This document shows, piece after piece, positions 36,901 through 49,900 of a DNA stretch of 56,616 bases. Location of the stretch: the NCBI GenBank assembly GCA_015680685.1, contig MNCI01000474.1, positions 139,483 to 196,098 of the forward strand, written 5' to 3'. The DNA is from Gnetum montanum (taxonomy: Eukaryota; Plantae; Gnetophyta). A program made the position numbers and the translations under genes. The notes below the pieces were generated by a model. The model worked only from the letters and a program-made list of their open reading frames with translations. It did no database searches and was not told the DNA's origin. Each line of letters begins with the position of its first letter. Within the stretch, counting starts at the first letter, position 1.

Positions 36901-37679
36901 CCACCATGTAGTTGAGGCTAGAGTTGTTGTTGGTGATGGGACTGACACAACTAGGATAATGGAAATGTGACTCGTTTGTGACTATGATATGAGCATGGTG
37001 TGCACATATGGCAACATTGGCATCATAGACGTTGGTTACGAAGGTTGAATAGATTGCGAGAAAATGACAAAGGAAAAAGGGGCAAAAGGTCCTGCATTCT
37101 GTTGCATAAATAGGACCTAGTGGCTAACTACCATCGATGAAGTTTTAGGTTGCGAAGTGTCATAGCTGCCTCAAAGAAGGTAGGAGACTACAACTGGTGC
37201 AGTAGAAATACAAAGGTAGATTGTAAGGCTGAGATGTAGAGCAGGACACCACCGTTGGAATGAGATTCAAACTCCTCCTACCAATCTTATAGGGGTTCAT
37301 CATAGTTGGATGCCAACTCTTACTCTTTTGGCCCACTCATCTTGACATGTTGGTCCAAAATCCATTTGAAAGTTTTAGTGAGTGGTATAACTGTGCCAGG
37401 AGTGGGAAGGAACTCCTTTCCATTTTGGTGGATAATTTCAAAACTACACTTTTCTTCCATTTCTTAGCAGTCCAATAGTAGGCCCGCATAAATATTCTTA
37501 GACAAAAAGTTATATTGTTCATCATCAAGTGCCGTGTGTTTGAGCAATTGGTGCTGCAGTATAAGAGATTGCCATTGTGGTCGCACCGGGCTAAGTGGTT
37601 GCTTGATGTCTACCATGTGTTGAATAGGGTGAGCCACCTCCAGGCTCAAGGCAGTAGTTGAGGTATTAATTAGGTTCAT
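34000..37679 (-). pseudogene. gag: Degenerate gag-protease of T1
   Basis: KYNDEGDPNAHL, SLTRKAFDWYHTLP...ELLSQFITHF (ORF 35518..36462), decayed C-H-H-C knuckle YHQLHSHDTNYC, protease HIDKGVATNVIP...FNLILGRS (34400..34642). Confidence 0.92.
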
Positions 37680-38133
37680 GTTTGTTACGTAGAAAAGATG
37701 TGAGAGAAAGAGATGTTTGAAAAAAATGTTTAAGTGTAGAAAATTTTAAGATAAAACAGCTAAGTGTGAAAAATGTAAAGAAAATAGGCCAAAAATGGCT
37801 AAGTTTGGAAACATTGAAAAAATGGTTATCTTTGTTATTATGATTGTTACACTCTAAGGAACTATTATGCGCACTGGGTTTTTATGCTCTACAGAACACT
37901 TAGAGCTTGATGTATTGGATAGTTTGGGCTTTCCATCCTATGACGTTCTAGAGGAACCATCAACTGGGACCAATCTACACCAACTAGAATGTAGACAACT
38001 CCTGTGTTGGCCTATGATCCAGCTATTGTGATGGTAGGTCCACAGGGGTGTTGTGTCTACACTAGCTTGTTGCTAGTGATGGGGGTACAGAAAGCATGTG
38101 GAACTACCAGTGGCACACAAAAGGAATGAGAGG

Positions 38134-38150
38134 CCCTCCTTTTAGCACAA
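38134..38150 (-). promoter_or_regulatory. PBS of T1, tRNA-Asn type (degenerate)
   Basis: Plus strand CCCTCCTTTTAGCACAA versus the plant tRNA-Asn 3' end CCCTCCTTCTAGCGCCA (3 mismatches), 5 nt from the LTR. Confidence 0.8.
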
Positions 38151-38155
38151 AAAAT

Positions 38156-40044
38156 TGTGACATCTGAAAACGTCGATTGCTGAAACATCGAGAGGTTTGT
38201 GGGCATACAGCCTAACCCTGAATTCGTACGAGGACTGTGTTGGGAGAAATAGAAATGAGGTGCCCTAAATGATTTAGTTGATTAGACAGGGACTTATGTG
38301 GTGTAACAATAACCATTTGAAAAAAATATTTTTTAATGAGCTTCATGCAAGAGCCGGGACAAAAATCAAGAACATAAAGTAACATAACGTGAATATGCAA
38401 ATGCATATTAACAGTAGAAGAAAGCACAAGAGTAATGCTGAAAACTTTGAAACAAATGCTGAGAATATAGAACTAGAGTTTGAAGGTGGAAAAATGCACC
38501 ATCCTAAGATTGGGGAGCCTAATGTTTGATTGAATAATGTTTGAAGTTGGTATGCAGCGTTCAGATAGGCATAACGATAGCATAGTAGTGTGGTCACAGT
38601 CTTTGGGAGATCATGGACGTGGTGCTGGTAGCTACAAAGGAGGCTAAACCTACTGGGTTTGTAGTCATCATGCTATGCAGGTGTAAGGAAGATTATGTCA
38701 TGGTACTTGGCAAGGTGTCAAGCTCGGGTGCTCAGGTGTGGGAGTAGTGAAGATGCTAGGATTGCTCCAATGCTTGATGCTTAAAATGATTTGCCAACCA
38801 ACCCATAAAATGTTGATTATCTTGGTATTTGTAGGGCTGACATGAGATGTGGACTGGGCACCACGTGGCCTGGGTCCCACGTAGCATGGGCATGGATAAG
38901 TCATGCTAACATGTTATGCTTGAAATGTCAAGTTCTAAGTGTTAAGCTTAAAGTGTTATGCTCTACAGGATAGGAATGGGAACTCAGAAACTACCAAACT
39001 ATGACCACACCACCCAAACTACATGTGCCAGAGTCTGAGAGACCACCATGTACCTACAAACAATGTGAAAACAAATGCAACTTGGAGTCTACACTTCAGG
39101 ACTATGTCTTCCCCCTCTTCCAAGTAGCGTCAAGTATAGGGACAATTTTGGGGATCAATGGGAGGTGCAAAAGCAAGGTAGACTGCTAATCTTGGCTGCC
39201 AGAGGGACATTGAAGCTGAAATAAATTTCAATGCTAAGTTTTGGGAGCTTCTAAAGGCATTTCAAGGCATTTTCCATGTGTCACATTATTTATGCTACAC
39301 AACATGACAGAGCGTAGCGTGAACACTTAGAAATTTGTTTACAAATTTTGACTTATCACGCTGTCTACACTACGTAACATAGTAGAGCATAGCACGAGTA
39401 CTTTGATGAATTTTGCCAAAATTTTCAATGTTTCTTCATGGCATGCTTACCACACTCTAAGGTTTAGCAGGGTAGGTAGCCTTGGAAGTCAAAAAATTGC
39501 CAAGTGCGTCTTCCATGTTGAGATAGCTTGACAGATCCTTGTCCAAAACTTAGACAAGATTTGGCACTAAAACCTATGTTAAGTTGGCTATGTTGTGTAG
39601 CGTAGCAAAGCATAACAACCCGAAAGATAGAAAATTTGCCAAACTATTTCTTCTATCCCAAGGACCTTTGAGAACCTCTAGCCTGATGCTTAGGTGAACT
39701 GGCAATCAGGACATGTGTCAAGCTGGGCAAGTTATGGAGTGTAGTGAGCTTGATAGTCTAGGAGATAGAAAATTTGGCAAATTGTTTGGTCCATCCCAAG
39801 TGACCTTTGACCATTTCTGGCTTGACATTTGTGTATACTAGCCATGGATGTGTGTGCTATGCTAGCTATGTTGAGGAGCGTAGCAGGCAGACTTAGAAAA
39901 TTTTTACAAAAATCAAGACTTCAAGTGTGCTATGTTTTCTACATTGCATAACGTGACACCAGAGTTAGAAAAATTTTGTCCAATTTTTGACACTTAGACA
40001 AATTTTCCATTGATCTGTAGGAGCTTGAAATTAGTGGTGTTTTA
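38156..40044 (-). repeat. 5' LTR of T1 (1889 bp)
   Basis: Direct repeat of 20978-22852; terminal CA mutated to TA; followed by TSD GTTCC. Confidence 0.93.
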
Positions 40045-40575
40045 GTTCCCATAGATCAAACATCATTCCTTATTAGAGAAGAAAAGATAAGCAGAAAGGG
40101 AGAAAGGACCTTAGTTAGAGGGAACCATTAGGCATGGGTAACATGTCTTTCTAGTCTCATAATTGGTGCTTGTAACCTATTATTTTGTCTAAGGGATGTG
40201 CTTTAAATTCCCATCATGTTTTGTTTTTTTAATGGATTTTTGGTTGGGAACCATACCATGCAAAGACTTATTCAACTTCCTAGTATTGGTCAACAAGGAA
40301 CAGTAAAAAATCCATGAAAGCACTCATGCACCCAAGAGAGTAGAGTGGTACAAAGAGTATTGAATCCCCTTGAAGTCATGTCCTTTTCAAAGCTTTGAAT
40401 TTTTTTGAAGTTTAGAAACCACCAAGTGCACAAGTTTGTTAAAGTTTAATTAATAAAAAAGGGATCTCATATTTCCAAAACAAGAAAAATCATAGAGTTT
40501 ATGGATGGGTGGATGAGATGGACTCACTGGCTATTTCATGAAAAAGAAACTTTGTCTTAGTCATCAGTCATCAAG

Positions 40576-42373
40576 TGAAATACCATAAAATTTTAGGATC
40601 CTCATGCTTCAGCAAAGTCTTGGAATTTAGGCAAGGACTTCCACAAGTGCAACATCATGCTGGTTCAGCAAAAAAGTGTAAGCACTGAGGATAGATTGGC
40701 CAATCTGGCAAGTTTTCTATCTCTAGGGATGATAGGCCCACTGGACTCTCCAGCTTGCCCAACTGGACAATTGACTCAGTTGACAGTCTACCCAAAGACC
40801 ATGCTAGGAGTTGTCATAAGTGTTTGGGATGAGCAAAACAATTTGGCAAGTTTTCTAGTAAAGAAGTTTGCTACGCTACACTATGCTATGCTACGCTACA
40901 CTATGCTATGCTACGCTGTGTAGTGTAGCACACCTTGAAAGATAACCGCTCAAGCATCCAAATGCAAATTGACGAAATGATTGCAAGACAAGTCAGGATT
41001 CAGCCAACATAAGGTGCTTCGCTATGCTACGCTATGTAGCGTGGCACAACGTAGCAAAGGTAGAGTAGAAACGCCCATCTTGCCAAGTGATTCCAACAAG
41101 AAGATTGCACTTTAGCAAGACTTCAGCCTTCAAAACTGGTTGTCCCACTTAGCCCTGAGGCCTCAAGCAAAGTTTCTTGCTAGAAAATGGTAGATTGAAC
41201 AAGGAAGCATGACACACTGGCTACTACACTGTGCTATGCTACATAGCGTAGCACAACGTAGCGATGATGCAAAAATAACAGATGTGTCCCAAACATGAAT
41301 TCAGTAAGTCCGAAGGCTTCTCGACATGAAGGAAAAAAGTTACAGTTGTTAGCCTGACTAAGCCTCAAACAAATGCTCTTCGGCTCCTATGCAAATTTCT
41401 GTCAAGACCAGTGGCTACGCTATGCTACGCTACGTAGTGTAGCACGACGTAGCAAGCAGCTACTTACGCTGCACCAATGTGCTCAAGAGTGTGAGTAGTG
41501 CAACACTATCATGGAAGCATCAAGACATCTTTGGGTAGCTCTAGAACTTGTTGGCAACAATCTTTCTCACCCTGGCATCTCCTTGGCAAAATCAGCAATT
41601 TTACTTCATTTTGCATACCCCTGGTCAACTCCCAAAAAATTGTTCTTACACTTGACCGTACTTGTAAGAGCAGGGAAGACGTAGTCCTGGAGCATAGGCT
41701 CCATTTTTCTTACATTATTAGCACACTGGATTTTGGTACATGCATTTTCGTCGGTATGGTCATATCGTAACAAAGTTCACATCCAGCATCGCACACCTAC
41801 ATGGTACGAACATGCTAGCACCTTGTGGGGTCCAAGACACATGGCATCTAGACCATGTTTCTCTCTTGCTCCTGGTGCTATAAATACCCCAACAAACAAC
41901 ATTCAAGGGGTTGGATTTTTGGTGCAGTTGGCTTTTAAGTTGGCTTTCAAAGAGCATAGTTGAGTAGTAAGGAGAAGACTTGTGACTATACTATTCAGTG
42001 TAAGCAGTGTCTCTCCAGTGTTGCATAACCTATTGTACCCCTTTCAGCAAGGCAAAGAATCAAATCTGTGACCTTTGGGGTGGTGCACTTTCTCACCCAA
42101 GTTTGATTTGTTATTTCCTTAATATAATTGTTGTTTTGCACTATTTCCATCATTTTGCATTTATTGATCATCGATTTACTCCGTGTGTCTCGCTTTTGAA
42201 ACTAGTGTTTACGAAAAGGTTAAGATACACCTATTAAGTCCTAGTGATGGACTAGACTGTTCAGGGTTCCCTATTTTTTTTCTCTCTAGCATGGCCCTCA
42301 CATAGATCTAGGGTTAAACTATTTGCCAGGAAACCTCTCGGTGTTCTAGCCATTGATGTTTTTGGTCACTACA
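40576..42373 (+). repeat. 5' LTR of T2 (about 1.8 kb)
   Basis: Starts TGAAATACC (T1 LTR starts TGAAACACC), ends CACTACA before the PBS; CTATAAATACCCC at about 41878; (GCTAC)n/(GTAGC)n clusters. Left boundary inferred from similarity only. Confidence 0.8.
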
Positions 42374-42378
42374 GTTTT

Positions 42379-42395
42379 TGGCGCTAGAAGGAGGG
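42379..42395 (+). promoter_or_regulatory. PBS of T2, complementary to tRNA-Asn
   Basis: TGGCGCTAGAAGGAGGG, 5 nt after the LTR end. Confidence 0.9.
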
Positions 42396-42617
42396 CCTTT
42401 TTGGTGCCCTTTTTGCATCTTATGGGTAGTCCTACATGCTCTCTATACCTCATCATCCACTAGTGTAAATGCGATACCCTTGTGTGGTTGTTTATGCATC
42501 GTGTGGTGCAGACTGGTCGCAACATTGGTTCCTTTGGAACTCGGCAAGACGAAAAGCCTCTGATCGCCTATTAATTTCTATGTTGCTCATTTGCAACTTC
42601 CCTTTGTATCACGCAAA

Positions 42618-45600
42618 ATGATTCTACCAACAATCACTATTTGCACCTCGAGCCTTGAGGCTTCTTTCTTGGCTCAAAGCACCATAGTTGCCAAGCAGCC
42701 ACCTAGCCCAGTGCTGGCACCACGCCAATCTCTTAGGATTCGACATCTGTCACCTAAGTTCTTGGCACAAGACGTAGAGCGTTACAACTTCCTCTATGCA
42801 AAGATCTAGGCAAATCTACCGCTATATCACCAAGAACTCGAGGATAAAAACAACTTCGAGTTCTTTCATTAGAATAGGTGGGAATTTATCCCTACCCTTG
42901 ACGTTACCATCCCCTGGACGGAAATGTATCAGTGGATATTAGACCAGCTAATGCTAGTCAGTAAGTCTAGTGAATGAGATACAATGTCTCATTATGACGA
43001 AGCATTCCAGGATGGACAGGAAGACCTAGACTTCCTATTTGAGGGTGGTGGCCAGACTTACCCTGCAACCATCCCTCCCACCATGGTCTTCAGGTCAAAC
43101 CTGCTTTTTGGTTTATCCCCCTTTGTGATTACCATGACTCCACCTCAATCTACATTTTCATCAGCCATGGGCAATGATTCTGCATCCTCAGCATATCAAC
43201 ATGCTCCTCCCTCAGTTTCATTCCCATGCACTCTACCTCCTCATTCTATCCCATCGTCGTACCAGGCACTGGTCATAGCTATGTTGCCCTATGTGCATAC
43301 CATGTCTACTTCATAGCTACATGGAGTCTCTGCTCCTATTCCATTGTCTACACTTGTTCCACCATCAGCGGTAGGCCCAGCCCTAACCATGTGGTGGACC
43401 CTAGTCACTTCACTCCCTGTTTCACAACTCTCCTAGATGCCACATTAGCCTTACCACCAAGCATACCAAGTTTTGTAGGTGTCACAACCAGGCATGGGAC
43501 TGTGGCCTATCCCATTAGTCACACAAATGACTAACCCTATAGCACCACCAGCGACCACCGCTCCAACAGCACCACCCACTGGGTGGTCAAGCTCACAAGT
43601 AACACCCTTCACAAGGGTAGCCCTAATGGCACCCCCTATGAGCCAGGCCACTATCCTTACTACGCCACCAACGATGGTTGCCCTTGTAACCCCACAACTG
43701 TCTACGTCATGTCTGGGTCTAGACCAAGCGTTCTAACTTATCTAGATCCTCATTGAAGAGATTAAATGTCTCAAAGCTACTGGTTTTGATATGGTGTAGG
43801 TCATGGATTTCTACCATGACGACCCCATCAGCCTGATTGTTCCCATGCTCACGTTACCCCTTGGGATGCCGCTCCTGTAATTCACAAAATACAATGGGGA
43901 GGGCGATCCTAATGCGCATTTAGTCATGTTTAGATTTGAATCTTTGTTGTTGCAGTAGTGGCCACATACTATTATTCATGTCTTTGCTATGTCTCTGATG
44001 GGAAAAGCTTTAGACTAGTACCATGTGCTCCCGCACACCTTCATCTCAACACTAGAGGAGCTACTGACCTAGTTCATGACATGGTTTAAGTATAACTTGA
44101 AGCCCGAAGTCATGCTAGATCAGTTGATGGGTGTTAAGCAAGACCCACTAGAGTCGGTGCAAAAGTTTATATAGCGGTGGAGTGCTACCTTGAATGAGAT
44201 TTGTACGCCTATTGCAAAGGCCCATTTGCTAGATATCCTCAAGGGGGCAATAAATGATTTTATTAAATCCAAGTTGTACTACCTAGCCCCATGCTCTCTC
44301 AGTTAAGCTTTTGCCCAGATGAAGAGCATCCAAGACATGGTCGAAGCTAGTAAAGACCTTGCCTATGTTGCATATAAAAATGTGTATACCAAAAAAGAGA
44401 AAGAGAAGGGTAAAGCTGTAATGGCCATGATGGCCACTATGGCAAATAAGGTAAAGCCCAACAAAAACAATAACAAAAGGTGGCCACAACGTCAACTAAC
44501 CCCGTTCCTAGCTTAAATAATGTTGCCCAATCCTCCACGTTAACACCAGAGGCATCAACCCAGCCTAAACCTAATTTTGAGCATAAAGACAGCTCCAAAT
44601 ACACCCCTCTACTTGTCAAGCCTTCAGAACTTCTGAAGCAATTGCTGGGGGCTGGGTACATTCAACTTAAGTAGATGTCAGAGGAGGCAACCAAACGAGA
44701 TCAGCAGTATTGCAAACTCCTTAGGAACCTCTCCTTGGCTACGCCCAACGAGCCGCCAGTTCCTAAGAACTTCAGGTTGGAGTGGTACTGTGACTACCAT
44801 CAACGTTGTGGTCATGACACGGATTACTGTTTAGCATTAAGAGATGACATCTAATGGATGATTAATTAGGGAAAGTTGGTTCTGGATGAAAGCAACACTA
44901 TTCACCCTAAAAATTAATCCATGCACGTCTATAAAGATCCCCTCAATGCCAACAACGCGGGGTACATTATCAAGATGATTTTCGTAGACAGTAACCCAAA
45001 ACCACCACAGCAGTCATTTGTGGTTCATGTGCGTCAACTTAGCGTAGCAACATCAACAACGACAAAAAAGATGCTACAACAACCATTCGTCCTCAAGTTT
45101 CCTCCTTGGACATCCGCCCTGCACCCTTCATATTCAAAATCGCACTACCACTGGCGCTAATGCCACAAGCCCCATTTGTCATTAGGGGGCCAAAACATTC
45201 AACTACCCCCATCACATAAAGCCAACCTAGGATGGCATCATAGCCTTTCCATTCAAAGAAACGTGAAGAGCATCTGACGGACGGGACATCCAAGGAACGT
45301 ACCACCCCAGGTCCCTCGAAGCCTACCCCCTCATCCATCGTGTCTATGACCCCCTCATCATGAATAGTTGATGCCACTACACGCACACAATCATCGCCAT
45401 CCTACCCAAAAGCATCTAACCTCAAACCTGAAACTGCTCCTCCTTGAGAAATTTGTATTCTAGGATGAATGGAAGAAGAGAAGGGTGGCAAACAACAAGA
45501 AAGTGGACAGGGCCTTCTAAATGCCCTTACTCAAGTCAAACAGGCTTTGAAACAAAAGAATACAACCTTGAGCCTATACGACCTGGTAATGACCTCCACT

Positions 45601-46420
45601 GTACATCGCGAGGCCTTAGTTCACATGTTAATGTCCATACCAGTTGACGAAAACATGCCAACAGAGGAGAATGAAATCCATGCGGTCATGCTTCCTTCTA
45701 TGCCTGAAGAACTTCGATTAGCTTAGTTGATCTTTCATGATGAGTCCATTAAGGATGACCCTGGAAAGGGTTGGGCGACAACAGCACCCTTGTTCATCAC
45801 AATTCAGATCGGTCAACACAAGATCCGAAGAGTACACGTTGATGACGGTGCTACTACAAATGTCATCCCGTACCCCATAGTGGAAAAACTGGGTTTGGTG
45901 GATCAAATCAGACCGACGACAACCTCATGTTTGAAGTTGTTTAATGGAGCACAAGCGGTGGTAAAGGGGACTATCCACATTAACTTTGTGTCAGGGGACC
46001 AATTCCCCACAAGTGCAACATTCATCATGGTAGAAGAGATGCTTGGGTTTAACCTGATCTTGGGGAGGTCATGGCTATCCCAACTTAGGGCCGTCTCTTC
46101 ATCCATACATCAAGAAATCCACCTACCTTACGTGTGCAAGGAGGTGGTTATTTATGGTGATGAAGTGGCTACCTAGGCGATAAACAATGTTGACATGGAG
46201 CAGGGTTCAGAAGTAGTAACCTCTAAAAATGAAGCACCTATCCCCACCGAGGTTACTTGTTTAGCTAATGAGCTGGCTCAAAATGCTGGCTCAGAAAATG
46301 AAACTATGTAGGCCGAATTACCTTTTCAAGCAGTAGATAACGATATAGAAAAATATCGCACCCCTTAGCCTTACACATCACTAAGTCCAAGATGGGTTAG
46401 AAAGGAGCTACGAGAATGAT
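42618..46420 (+). pseudogene. gag: Degenerate gag-protease of T2
   Basis: KYNGEGDPNAHL, CDYHQRCGHDTDYC knuckle (about 44790-44830), protease RRVHVDDGATTNVIP...FNLILGRSWL (45727..46176); many in-frame stops. Confidence 0.92.
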
Positions 46421-46574
46421 TGTTACTTGTGTAGCGTAACTACTCCACTGCTTCTAACACAATTAAATCTTATCATATGGTTATTCTTTGTTTGCTTCAT
46501 ATTCGTTCGTTTATGCTAAGTGTCTACCTCATTCTTTAAATTGTTCATGTCATGTCCACTGTTTACATCCCACC

Positions 46575-46730
46575 ATGGTCCGCTAAGGCCTAAAATTGGC
46601 AAAAGTTTTCCCTACCATCATCCAATGGCCCGAAATGGCCTAAAACTACCAATGGCCCGAAATGGCCTAAAACTAGCGATGACCTGGAATGGCCTTAAAT
46701 TATTTTTATTGCCTGAAATGGCCTAAAACT
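46575..46730. repeat. Short tandem repeat aatggcc(c/t)gaaatggcctaaaact downstream of PR in T2
   Basis: About 4-5 copies; reverse-complement homolog of 33700-33895. Confidence 0.85.
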
Positions 46731-46909
46731 AAAACGAGATGCTCTCAAGGAGTTTAATTAATAAAAAAAATATAAAGAATAAACTAAAAATAAATACGAC
46801 ACATAAGCCAAAATGAAATAAATCTCTTCATATCCCATTTTTTTCATCCAAAATATTAATCAATAATGTTTACAACATTCTTTGCAATAATCCAAATAAA
46901 CTTCTCGAC

Positions 46910-49900
46910 TACTATGCTATGATCCTTTGCCCACTCCATCGTCCCTTGGCTCATTAGGTCCTGTATTTTCATCTAGATTCTATATCATAGGGAAAATGAA
47001 ATAATTAGTTAAGGACACAATAAGGACTTGAATAAAATAAATTATCACAACATCGAAAAATGACTGACCCGAGACGACCCCACGTCTGTTTTGGGGGGTA
47101 TCCGATCCATGCCTGCTGCGAGACGTTGCAAGATCTCCTCGTCCGTAATATTGGCCCAATTCCTATCTCCTAGGTCAGTGCCTACTGCAACTTTCTCCTT
47201 TTCTATGGATGTTCATCTTGGTGGTCCTGGAGAAAAGGTGATAGTGGTGGTCTCACCTATGGGAAAGGTAATTTCTATCACCTGTTGCATAAACCTGTCG
47301 TAAGCTCCAGAAGCACCAATAATGTCAAGGAATACCTCGTAAGTATGTAACTTGACAGAGGCATCTTGATACTGTTTACGGTAGGTGGCACGTTCTAGTT
47401 TATACATGTGTTTGTGATTTTTCTATGCCTGCCCCCACTCGTAAACTTTTGCATTGTAGTCCTTTCAGTCTTGGTTCTTCTAGGCTAGCAAGTGCATTTG
47501 CATGCATTGTCCTATTATTCTGTGAGTGGCCTCATTGTTGCATCGCACGGTCATCCAATACCTTGCGTAGTCAATGATGGTTGTGTGCTAATTGCCATCG
47601 TTAGTGTCTTGGACCAACAGGAATTCGTTCCTAGATTGGGGATCTCCCACCTCAGCAGTCAGGTTGGCCTTCTCCTTCTTAAGCCTCTGTACCCATTTCT
47701 AGAGGTCTTCATTCACACGCTTACATTCCCACAATGAGCGTGCCAAGTACAGTGCACATTGGCTTTCTTCATCGTATATGCGATGAGGTCCTTCAGTCAC
47801 CTCCGGTGGAAATTTGGGCAAGGCGTTGACCTCAACCGCTTGGTTAGGGTCCCACTTAAGATGAGAGGCTACCAACCACACATAGAAAGGAATTAGTCAT
47901 AGTGGCATAGTGAAGAAACAATAATTTAGAGAGTCTTGCATAGCAATTTTAACTTATCCACTTCTAGGTTGATTTGCTTTAGACGGTCGATCATGTGATC
48001 GACCACCTCCTCCATAAAAGTAAATTTGTCAAGGGTCTCGGTCCATGGTCACAGGTGGATCGAGGAAGGGCTAGAGGTATCAACAGTGGTGTTAGCTAGA
48101 TAATGAAAGATGTTAGCCACTGTGGAGAGGAACCATGATAAAGCTAATGAACAACATAAATGATAGTGTAAAGCTCATACCCAGTNNNNNNNNNNNNNNN
48201 NNNNNNNNNNNNNNNNNNNNNNNNNNNNNNNNNNNNNTCACCAGCTGACCCAACAACCTAGCAGTGTCCTCAATACTCATGTGCCCCTCTGGTACTGAAC
48301 TACTCTTCGCAAAAGGGTCATCAACAGGGGCCTCTTTTTGATTTCCAGGAGCCTCTTCTTCATTGGTTGGGTCCCTTTCTTCACTGACAGGGGCCTCCTT
48401 TTCATCAGTAGGGACCTCTTCCTTACTAGCCAAGGCCCTTTATTCTATAGTAGGAACCCCTTCTTCATTAGCTGGGGCCCTCTCGTCTGTAGTCGAAGCC
48501 TCTTTGTTTTCATTAGTTGCCCCTGTTGTAGGGGCCACAACCTCTTCTTGCCCTTCTTCCTCTTCTTCCTTTGCTAATAAAGTATAGTTATAGTAAGCAA
48601 ATTATACTAACTTGAAGTAGATGCTACGCTTTCTAACACTAGCTAGCATAACACAACGTAGTGAACATTAGCCAAATAAAAAAACACTTACCAATCAGAG
48701 GCTGCACTTTGTGAAGTTTGAGCTGCAGCTTCTTCCCTCTTTCCTCATTTGTGTGGGGAGGTTCCTTGGCCGGGAGAGAAATCTTGCATTGCAACTTAGT
48801 TGTCATCATCTTTGCAATGAGGCATTTCCCCCTTGTCACACTGTTGATGGTAATGAGGGGTGCCTCTCCCATGCTATCTTGGGCACGAAAGATGCGTGCT
48901 ACCTGATCCCTGGTCATCATTGAAAATGATTCCCCAATAGCTTCTAGGGGGTCCTGAGATCTGGTGGTACGGAAGACTTGGAAAATCCATGGTTTGGAAA
49001 TCTAGTTATGGTCTTGTAGTACCTAGACTCCATTCTTGTGAACCACCAAGAATTCCACAAAAACATTGCAGGCAGGCTATAAAGAAGGCATGGTGCATGT
49101 TGAAGTAGGACTCAAGCTTCCTACAGAGCTTGACCATGTCAGCTTGCAAGCCTCTGCAAAGGTGTTTAGCCCAATTGTAACGAGTCCCCTCTTCCATGAC
49201 ATCCCTCATTATCCAAGCCTACTTAATTCCAAGGATTTTTCCTTGGGAGTAGCTTGGGGAAGGCATGGGCACGGAAGATAGGGTAAATCATTTTGGCCAC
49301 CTATAGCCTGACCTTCTTAATGTAGATCCCCTTTCGGTCCTTTTCTACCCCTAGCCACTTCTTAATGTCCCCCTGATGGTTTGCATCTTTCTTAGATTTT
49401 TCTCCTATGGGTAGACCATTAGAAGGGACGTTGAAAATATCCGCAAACAATTGTTTGTTGATTTCAAACACCACTCGCACACCATGAACACATGTGTGGA
49501 AGCAGTCTGCTTTCTCGGAGAAGGAGTCAGCTAGGGAAAGCATTTTGGTAGGAGGGATTTCAGGTTGACAACCAAAAATAAGTCCATGAGCCTAGCCTCC
49601 TGAAGGTTGTGGACAAGCGTGGTTGGGGCTCCATTGTAGAGCCAACACTGGGTCTCCTCCACCTCCCCGTAGTTGAAAAAGAGGTTGGTTTCGTTGCGNA
49701 TTGGTTGGATAGGGAGTGGACATCCCTCAGGCCACTCACCATTGAAGATGTGTTGGTGGATCTCCCACCATTTCCCACGTCATTTAAACCTGATACACCA
49801 AACTGTGAATTCACTGTTACATGTTCAAGTGATGTTAATTTTTTTTTCTTTTTTTGCTAACTTTTTTCTTTTATTTTGCAAACTATTTCAGTGACAAGGA

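Larger units (their letters stand above)
20978..40044 (-). mobile_element. Full-length Tat-clade (Ogre/Retand-like domain order) Ty3/Gypsy element, 19,067 bp (element T1)
   Basis: Two homologous LTRs, TSD GTTCC at 20973-20977 and 40045-40049, PBS, PPT, gag, PR, RT, RH, additional RNase H and INT. Confidence 0.95.
16352..40575 (-). mobile_element. Athila-like element (3' part) hosting the Tat insertions; own sequence is 16352-20977 plus about 40050-40575
   Basis: 3' LTR, PPT and env-like ORF; the GTTCC TSD shows 20977 and 40050 were contiguous before the Tat insertion. Confidence 0.65.

Noticed and set aside
42379-42395. tRNA-Asn-like sequence
   Set aside because: Only the 3'-terminal complement next to an LTR is present; it is a PBS, not a tRNA gene.
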